Source: Octopus vulgaris
Lineage: Eukaryota
Reading direction: 5' to 3'
Assembly: GCA_951406725.2 (NCBI GenBank)
Contig: OX597818.1
Coordinates: 20,832,001 to 20,896,000, forward strand
DNA: 64,000 nt
A model generated the notes under the pieces. That model was not told where the DNA came from. It saw nothing but the letters and a program-made list of their open reading frames with translations, and searched no databases. Below are positions 53,891 to 64,000 of this stretch, in pieces. Numbering within the stretch: position 1 is the first letter of the stretch; every line of letters begins with the position of its first letter. Made by a program: the position numbers and the translations under genes.

Positions 53891-54520
53891 TTGTGGTGAA
53901 AGAGTACAGAAGGGGTGGGGCGATCCCTGCTGTACTCTTTCACTACAACTTTCTCTCACTCTTTCTTCCTGTTTCCGTTGTACCTGTATTTCAAAGTGCC
54001 AGCCTTGTCACACTGTGTGTCACCCTGGTTCTCCCCGAGAACTACGTTAAAGGTACACGTGTCTGTGAAGTGATCACTTTCGTTGATCAGATCAACTGGA
54101 ACACTCGTCGTCGTAACTGACGGAGTGCTACGTATATATATATATATATATGGGGTGTTTAGGATAAGTATGTGTGTGTAAAAGTATATATAATCTTTCT
54201 ATTTTTGAATGCTGTAATCCAAACTAGGAAAACACGCGGATTTGACGTGACAGTTTTTTCGGAATTGGGTGGTGATAATGGGGAATAACAGTGGAACAAC
54301 ACACGCACACACACACAGAGGGAGAGTGAGAGAGACATACATACACACATACATACACACATATATACATACATACATACATACATACATACATACATAC
54401 ATACATACATACATACATACATACATACATACATGTTGGATAAGTAGAAACATGACGATAGATTGTTTGCAGTGTATGTCAGAACGTATTTGAATCAATG
54501 TGAACGTATGTGTAGGTGAA

Positions 54521-54551
<31 letters not shown>

Positions 54552-54735
54552 TGGATACGGAGAAAGAGACGGAGACACGGAGGGAGGGAGGTGTGGAGAG
54601 TTATATTTTCTCAACAAACAAACATCACAGGTGTTTGCTCACGTTTATACCTGCTAACCTCAAGTAAAAATATTCACCATGTAAGTCACTTTAAAACCTC
54701 ACCCCTACATACTACCATATCACTACTACTACTAT

Positions 54736-55260
<525 letters not shown>

Positions 55261-55369
55261 CTATACCATTATCACCAGCAACGAATATCACTACCGTCAT
55301 CATTTAGCTGGGAACTAGTATGGCAGTGGTGATGATGCCATGTCGTCTGCTGTTGACTTTTTTTAACCT

Positions 55370-55530
55370 ACAGGATGAAAGCTTCTTCACAAATGAACTC
55401 CAAGCTCTGCAATACCGATGGAAGAAGTGTGTAGACTGCAAGGGGGACTATGCTGAAAATTAAACCTCATTTAGTCACATTCCAAGAGAGTGTCTTGATC
55501 AGCCTATGAACTTTTTCAGCCGGCTCTGGT
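55370..55530 (+). mobile_element. Mariner 3' fragment
   Basis: QDESFFTNELQALQYRWKKCVDCKGDYAEN* followed by a TIR-like gaactttttcagcc. Confidence 0.7.
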
Positions 55531-55680
55531 ATCTATTTAATTTAGCGATATCTAATGTTACTTACTTAGTGATATCTAATTTAATTAATACACGCTACCA
55601 ATCATTGCACTGTTATGCCAATTATGGCAGACCGGTTTGACTCTTACTAAGTTTGAGCATGTTTTAAATAACGTAAGCTA

Positions 55681-56248
55681 TTGGGTTGTCCGGAAAGTTC
55701 GTGCCGATTTTTAAAGGGAAAAAAAAGGTCAATAAATACTTGCCATTACGTTTTTAATCAACCAAATTTGAACCATTTTGTTGCACAGTGCGTCTCCATC
55801 TTTCCTTTAACTTGAAAATATCCTCTTCCCAGAATTGAGGTGGTTTCATGGCAAAGAATTCATCAAGGTATCTTTTTACGTCATCCAAGGAATTGAAATT
55901 TTTACCATTAAGACTATTCTGCTGAGACCTGAATAAGTGGAAATCTGAAAGAGCAATATCTGGTGAATATGAAGGGTTGGGTAACACGTATCAGCCGAGC
56001 TGCAGCAAATTTTTGTCTGGTTCCCAAAGCATCAAGTGCCGAAAATGAACTTTCATATCTTCCATTTTAAAAGGTTACAGAATTAACACAGGTTATAGGA
56101 ACATAAACCTTCTTCCACGAAAAGATAGCTTAAACTGTGCTCTAAATGGAGGTGTAGTCAAATCCTATTTTATGGACTCAACCATGTTCTAAAATAAGTC
56201 GAAAGGGTAAGCTACTATAAATCGGCATGAACTTTCCGGACAACCCAA
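55681..56248 (-). mobile_element. Internally deleted mariner
   Basis: 30-bp TIRs ttgggttgtccggaaagttcRtgccgattt (1 mismatch), TA flanks; ORF 55754-55987 carries PSYSPDIALSDFHLF. Confidence 0.92.
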
Positions 56249-57160
56249 TATATTCTGTTTGTCATAAAAAAAGACAAGAATACGCTATCAATTAGTTTAT
56301 AAACAGGTAAAAATGCCGGTGCTAGTGAGATTAGCTTCTATTGTCTGAGTCACAGAAAAGAAATAACGTAGTTTAGCCACGGAAAGAAGTTTAGGCCAGT
56401 TTGTCCCTTCTTTTTCTGTCTTACCATGTAAACCTCCCCGTGTTAAGCCACTCCTTCCAAACTACATCTTGTCCGAGACGAATGTCTGTCCATATTCCCT
56501 CGCTTTGTTTCATCCGGTAATTTTTCTCTTCAGTAGTTTTTTTACAAGTTCATACCTGGTTTCCTTTCTTGTGTACGTTGCTCAGGAAACACTGTTTCAC
56601 ACACTTTTTTTTGTTTATATGTATGTATGTGTTTTTATTTATTTAGTTTTTCTCTTAAGGCTTAAGGTTGTATCATGCGCAGGGACAGAAATAATCGGAC
56701 TGAATACCCGATCGCGCGATTAAACCATTGGGAGTGAAGGACTCCTAGCCTTTGTTAGGGCATCCTTCTAGGAGAAGATAAGTCAGGTAACTGGGATAAC
56801 TCCGACATAAAACCTGCGACTCGGTGGTTAGCGATGATGTTGACTTGTTCTTCTTTTCGGATTATGGCTGCTGTTACTTAGTGAGTGGGATTGACTCAGT
56901 GCACAGCCTTTCCTCACTTAAAAAAATCTTCTTGCACAGGCATTGCACGATAACAACATTGTTCATGATTGTTGATGGTGCTGTGAGTCTCAACTGAATG
57001 GCTGGCTGTAGCCTTAAAAAACAAATAAAAGTCACATTCGATCTCAGTACCAATAAGAGTTAAGCTTCGTGCAATGGCCATACTTGATAACGAGGGGGCA
57101 GCCATCATGTATGTATGTATGTATGTATGTATGTATGTATGTATGTATGTATGTATGTAT

Positions 57161-58036
57161 GAAGGCGCATGGCTTAGTAATAAGCGTATTCGGCTCACGA
57201 CCCTAAGGTCGTGAGTTCGATACTCGGTGGTGCGTTGCGACCTTGAGCAAGACACTTTATTTCACATTGCTCCAATCCACTCAGCTGGCAAAAAGGAGTA
57301 GTACCTGTATTTCAAAAGAGCCAGCCTTGTCACATTCTGTGTCACGCTGAATCTCCCTGAGAGCTACGTTAAGGGTACGCGTGTCTGTGAAGTACTTTAT
57401 TAGCCTGGAGAGATCGTTCCATATAGGCGCTTAGAGCATGAAAGCACACACACACACACATAGATCGTGGCAGACGAAAATCGTCTGCATGGGTGCTGGA
57501 ATTCCAATATCACGTGATTTCATTTCTACTGGCAATCATCAGAGGAAAGCATCCGGTTACTGCTTCCGCCGCGAATAATTACTATATATATATATATAGT
57601 TAATCCAAACATGAAAACACAAAGAGAAAACACAACAACGCGAGGACGTGGAACAAGTATAGTGTTATTGGACGCTCAGGAAAGGAAGGAAAGAAGGAGA
57701 TTTAACGTTTCGAGCGGAGCACTTCGTCAGAAATATAGAAAAAAAAGAAAGTTCCAAGGAAGGGAGAACGGAGAAAAAAAATCGCCAACGATACACACGC
57801 AGCGGTCACATATTGGTGCTTATATATATATATATATATATCTATTTATATATATATATATATATATTCTTTTATTCTTTTACTTGTTTCAGTCATTTGA
57901 CTGCGGCCATGCCGGAGCATCCGCTTTTAATCGAGCAAATCGACTAAACAAATCGCTTTGGACATTAATTTCACGAGCACTGTTCAATTGATTGGATCAA
58001 CTGGACCACTCGTCGTCGTAAGCGACGGAATGCCAG
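57161..58036 (+). mobile_element. tRNA-derived CORE-like SINE family D, split by insertions at about 57400-57960
   Basis: Head gaaggcgcatggcttagt, B box gagttcgatac, ccttgagcaagacacttt; tail gatcaactgga..ctcgtcgtcgtaa resumes at about 57965; contiguous homologue at 53980-54128. Confidence 0.7.
57598..57812 (-). mobile_element. PLE pseudo-LTR 3' end with minimal HHR at 57700-57734
   Basis: Homologous to 12185-12386; auuu-CUGACGA-a-gug(cuccg)cuc-GAAAC-GUU^-aaau; flanked by (TA)n. Confidence 0.7.
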
Positions 58037-58112
58037 GATATGTATGTATAGTGGATTCCCCCGTCAGCTTTGAAATATGACGGTCTGACAGTCAATATTC
58101 TAGCCGTCAGAA

Positions 58113-58520
58113 TGCGGTGAACTGGCAGAATTGTTAGCACGCTGGTCAAAATGCTTAGCGGCATTTCGTCCGTCTTTACGTTCTGAGTTCAAATAGCGCC
58201 GAGCTCGACTTTGCCTTTTATCCTCTGGGGTCGATAAAATAAGCATCAGTTGAGCACTGGGGAGGTGTGGGCGATGTAATCGACCTAACTCGAACTTGCT
58301 GACCTTGTGCCAAAATTGGAAGCCGATATTTACAGAAGATAAGGCGATGATTTGGCTGAATCGTTAACACGCCGGACAAAATCATCAGCCGCATTTTGTC
58401 TGTCCTTACTTCTGTGTTCAAATTCCACCGAGGTCGACTTTGCCGATATCCTGTCGGGTATCGATAAAATAAGTATTTGTTAATCACTGAGGTCGATGTA
58501 ATCGACTTACACCTTACCCC
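58113..58520 (+). mobile_element. Two tandem SINE family B copies
   Basis: Heads at 58113 and 58341 with B boxes gttcaaat. Confidence 0.75.
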
Positions 58521-58524
58521 GAAA

Positions 58525-58981
<457 letters not shown>

Positions 58982-59734
58982 GTGCAGAATTAGACACACT
59001 ATGGAAATGCTGATGTCAGAAAGTTAGTACAAATGTTTGCCACAAACTCAATTAAAAATATGTCTCAGGGTTTATCATTAGATTTCTCCATCTCCTGGTT
59101 AGTTGCATTCGTCCTATTTTAGCCGAGATATACAGTGTTGGCTAAAAACACAATTCTATAGTTTTTATAATTCGTTAGGGGAACGGAACGAAATACTGTT
59201 AACATATCAGTAATTTTAATGTGTGTGTATGTTTGTGTGTGCGTGTGTGTATCTGTGTGTATCTGTACGTATGTGAATGTGTGTGTGCGTGATGTGTGCA
59301 ATTACATGTTGATGTGCAATTGCGTATCTGAGTGTAAATGTGTGCATGCGTGCGTATAAAGACCTGTGTGTGTGTATATATATATATATATATGCATATA
59401 CACACACACATACATACATATATATACTTATATATATACACATACACACACATACACACACACACACACGGTTTGACAGAAAGACCTACATACACGTGCA
59501 TGTGGTGCACGCTTTTTTGTTTCTTCATTGGTCAGTAACAAAAATGCTGTCATCGTAACGGGCTGTCAAGTTCATTGTGGCGATAAAGAAAGGTGGCGAT
59601 GGAGAGGGGTGGGCGTGGCTGGAAGGAGGCCGATCGGTAGGGACAGCGGCGACGGATGTGGTGGTAGCAGTGGTGGAAGTGACGGCTTGTTTAATGACAG
59701 GGCCTTACTGGGCAGACACAGAGGGAAAGAGGGA

Positions 59735-59795
<61 letters not shown>

Positions 59796-60746
59796 AGGAA
59801 TACACCCGTACATGTACATTTACATGCACATTGGAAGTGGTAAGTGAAACCGGTGGAGGAGGTGGGGTGGGGATGGGGGTGGATGGGGTGGGGTGCGTGG
59901 TCTTGGTGGTGGTGGTGGTGGTTGCAGCCACAGTGACAGCAGTCCGGCAATATCAACAGTCACTCTATTTCTTCAGCAGAGACAACTATAAATAACAATT
60001 GCAGCTATTTGTATATCGCCACCACCACCACCACCACCACCACTTACAACAATAATAACAACACCATCAAAACTACTACGACCACTCCATCACCGCCATC
60101 AGTAACAACAACACAAGGTAACGACGAAGCCTCTGCTCGAAATAGTTGCCAATTCTACCTCAAATCACACACCTTACTTGCCTTGGCGAAAGTAAAGGGC
60201 ACACTAGATTATACAGTACAGCAACAACAACAAAAAAACACTGCAAGGAAAGGATAGTCACGGTTGGAATTCCGTGGATCATTGGTCTGCTCCATCGGGA
60301 TTTAGCTCTATAAAGTGCTAAATAACAACTGCACACAGACTGCACGCTACATAGTGCAGGGAGTGTAACATACCCAAATTGCACACTGTATTTCCTCCGA
60401 AGTAAGGCACGGGGAAGACCGAATTTACTCGTGTATAAAACGCACATGTGTATAAGTCGCACGCGTGTATAAGTCGCACCCCTAATTCTGTGATAAATCG
60501 GTACAAATTTTTTCTCTTCATAGTTTTGGCTTTGCTCCCGTCATTAACTCCACCTTTTTTCTTTCTTTTTTTTTTTTTTCCTTTTTTCTCAATTAAAATC
60601 AAGTATATAATAAGTCCCACAGATCGTGGAATAGGCCTGAATGTGTGGAGTACATCTTGTTCGTTTCACTATCAGAGGTCTGCATGGTCAAGGCTGACCT
60701 GGGGCTAAACAACAATATCATCATCAGCGCCATCATCACCACCACC

Positions 60747-60780
<34 letters not shown>

Positions 60781-61354
60781 TCATCAACAACAACAACAAC
60801 AACCTCAAGAACATTAGCAGCAGTGGCGGCAGCGGCAGACAACAACAAAAAGCAAAGTAAAGCGGAAAAGCAGCACCACATCAACAACAACAACAACACT
60901 TGTAAGATTATCAACAACAACAACAGCATTAACTTCATTATCGTCATCAGTAACAACAACAACAACAAGCGCAGAAACATCAGCAACAGCATTGGCAGCA
61001 ACAACAACAACAAACAATAATAGCAATACTTACTAGCCTCTGCAACAACAATTTCATCAATAACGACAGCAATTCAATAAAGGGACTTCTATGTGGTGGT
61101 TTGACTTGCCAGAAAGAGCAGCCAAAAATCTCACTCAAAAATCCCACATTCGATAATGTAATCCGAGATACAGCGTGTCTGGGAAAGGATAAAAAGCGGG
61201 CCGAGGCACGGGTGGAATGTCTTTTGATCGCTGGTCTGCCTGTGAAGAATCGACCTGGTTCTAAACAACCAACAACAACAACCAGCAACAGCTACAACAA
61301 CATCAATAACATCTACTAATACTACCACTACTGCTGCTGCTGCTGCTGCTGCTG

Positions 61355-61404
<50 letters not shown>

Positions 61405-61956
61405 GAGTAACAAATTAGAGATGAGGAAGATAAAGGAGTCAATGCATCCAATTCTAAATCTTGAGGTAAATATATTTAATGTTCACTTTTTTTTTTGTTT
61501 TGTTTTATTTTGTTTTACTCTTGGTCTATTTTTTCCGACTTTTAAAAAAAATTTTTACAACGTGATTTCGAGTTAAGTCCCTCCGTATGGCACCTTGCGC
61601 AAGTGTCTTCAAATATGGCTTCGGGTAATCAATGCGTATGAGTAAATTTGGTAGATGGAAATTGTATGGAAGCTCATCGGATATGTATGCATGTATTATG
61701 TATGTATGCATGTATGCATGTATGTATGTATGTGTGTATGTATGTATGTATGTATGTATATATGTATGTATGTATGTATGCATGCATGTATGTATGTATG
61801 TATGTATGTATGCATGTATGTATGCATGTATGTATATTTGTATGTATGTATGTATGTATGTATGTATGCATGTATGTACGTATGTATGTATGTATGTTTG
61901 TATGTATGTATGTATGTATGTATGTATGTATGTATGTATGTATGTATGTATGTATG

Positions 61957-62550
61957 TCATTTTATTTCCAGATGTCTTGCCAATAGAGAAAGAGCCGGTT
62001 CCTAACCTTGACCTAAGGCTCCTTTAATGGAATTTCAACATCAACAACAGGGTATTTTTGGTATGTATGTATGTATGTATGTATGTATGTATGTATGTAT
62101 GTATGTATGTATGTATGTATGTGTATGTATGTATGCATGTATGTGCAGATTTGTATGTTTTATTTTATGTCTTCTCATGCACATACTTGCATCTAGGCAT
62201 GCTCATATATACTTAAATAATAAACTTCTGAAAAGTTTTACAGATTTTTACAGTTCCAGTGATGGCTTGGATTTGTAGTCTACGAATCAGCTTTCCCCTT
62301 CCTGGTTTTGAGAACCTTGTATTTAGGCAGTGTGTTACATATCTCAGTGCCCCATTAATTGTATGTATGTATGTATGTATGTCATTATTCAGTTTTATTT
62401 CAAGATTTCTTGCCAATTGAGAAAGAGCCGGTTCCTAACCTAGTCCGAAGGCTCCTTCAATGGAATTTCAACACCATCAACGGGGTATTTGTGCATGTGT
62501 GTATATATATGTGTAGTATTTGGAGTCGGTGCATGTGTAGATTTGTATAT
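61957..62550 (-). mobile_element. Two tandem 5'-truncated R4/Dong-like 3' ends within (TATG)n
   Basis: 61957-62360 encodes INGALRYVTHCL..RRLQIQAITGTVKICKTFQKF; 62382-62550 is 3' UTR only; both are homologous to 49788-50412. Confidence 0.8.
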
Positions 62551-63104
62551 ATGTATGTGTTATATGTGTATATGTATGTATGTATGTATGTTTGCGTATG
62601 TATCTTTGGTTTGTCGCCCCCTCCGTTTGACAACCGGTATCGGTTTGTTCACGTCTCCGTAACCTATCAGTTCGGCAAAAGATACCAAAAGGATAAATAG
62701 GAAACTTAGAAATAAGTGCTCGACTAAACCTCGCAAGACAGTGCCCCAGCATGGCCGCAGTCAAATGACTGAAACAAGTAAAAGATAAACAAGTTTAGAA
62801 GGAAATGTTCCGCAAATATTCCTCGTGTTGAAACGCATGTATGTCTTCTATATCAGCAATATTTGCTACATCTGTCCCAGATAGTCTTACCTATGGATGG
62901 CATTTCTTTTATCTTTTACTTGATTCTGTCATTAGGTTGCGGCCATGCTGGGGCACCGCCTCGCAGAATTTTTAGTCGAATGAATGGTCACCGGTACTTT
63001 TTTTTAAGCCTGGTACTTACTCTATCGGTCACTGTTGCCGAACTGCTAAGTTACGAGGGCGTAAACACACTAATACCGACTGTCCAGCGGTAGTGAGGGA
63101 CAAA

Positions 63105-63139
<35 letters not shown>

Positions 63140-63140
63140 T

Positions 63141-63174
<34 letters not shown>

Positions 63175-63647
63175 GAGAGAGAGAGATAGAGAGACAGACA
63201 GACAGACAGAAAGAAAGAAAGAGAGAGACAGAGAGAGAGAGAAGAATAGAAAGATTTATGCATATGCGTATATGTCTACCTTATTTTTTCATATGTATAT
63301 GTGTATGTGTGTGACTCTATACGTTAGCATCTGTGTACGTATGCATGTGTCTATTTATGAATTTAAGTTCCCGTTCTATTTCTCAAATTTCAATCCAACA
63401 GAGATAGTGCCTTACTCCAAAACAGAAACGAATCTCTTTGAAATTTAGCCATCAACTATCCCATTAACAAAACCTCACTCTGATTCTGCCGGTCACTGTC
63501 TTAGTGTACTTACTTCCAACATCTCAAAGGCAATGGAGATAGCCTTTACTAAGATGTCCTGTAACACAATGATTTTCACTTTCCTCCGTAATGATCAGAT
63601 CGTACCCAACCATCTTAAAACGTAATGGATAAACTAAATAAAGCAGT

Positions 63648-63678
<31 letters not shown>

Positions 63679-64000
63679 AGAAAACAAGACGATGTGGTTA
63701 AAGTTGAAAGCCTTTGATTATAAGTCAGCTTAATCAGGTCTGACCAAAGATTGAACAACAACAAACACTAAATCAACTCTAAATCGACACTAAGGTTCGT
63801 TTACATCTTCCTTCTTTCATTAACGACGACTTGCTCTAAGCGACTAACGACTCTTACATCTATGAAGATGAAACACTCCTAACTCTTCCTTAGCATACAA
63901 CACACAGACATCACCCACATGTAGTCTAAATACCTTGTGCTGGGCTGAACAGTCGAGTCACCATCAATACATCGTTCAAAAGGAAAGATTGTCAAAAGAC

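Noticed and set aside
56690-57107. LINE 5' UTR with a possible HDV-like ribozyme
   Set aside because: I could not build the nested double pseudoknot by eye, and the element identity is uncertain.
59520-59960. GC-rich patch with GC-box and TGACAG motifs as a promoter or exon
   Set aside because: No credible ORF; motifs of this length are expected by chance.

Overview
AT-rich, microsatellite-saturated eukaryotic intergenic or intronic DNA. The repeat content looks like an Octopus/cephalopod genome (inference). I can support no host protein-coding gene, rRNA, tRNA or CRISPR array; nearly all ORF-track entries are translated microsatellites or SINEs. The window is a mosaic of dead mobile elements: at least four tRNA-derived SINE families, mariner remnants and MITEs, one internally deleted and one non-autonomous Helitron, L1/Tx1-type and R4/Dong-type LINE remnants sitting in microsatellites, and a Penelope-like (PLE) GIY-YIG fragment. 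The most notable signal is non-coding. About a dozen type I hammerhead-ribozyme (HHR) folds, from at least five sequence-unrelated small-element families, sit next to (TA)n or (CATA)n tracts. They occur as partial tandem repeats (470 and 530 nt period), as a 157-bp-arm palindrome with an HHR on each strand, as a two-HHR cassette and as PLE pseudo-LTRs. Several have unusually long helix II insertions and palindromic helix III. This resembles a diverse retrozyme/PLE-satellite system. All folds were paired by eye and none has been tested for activity.
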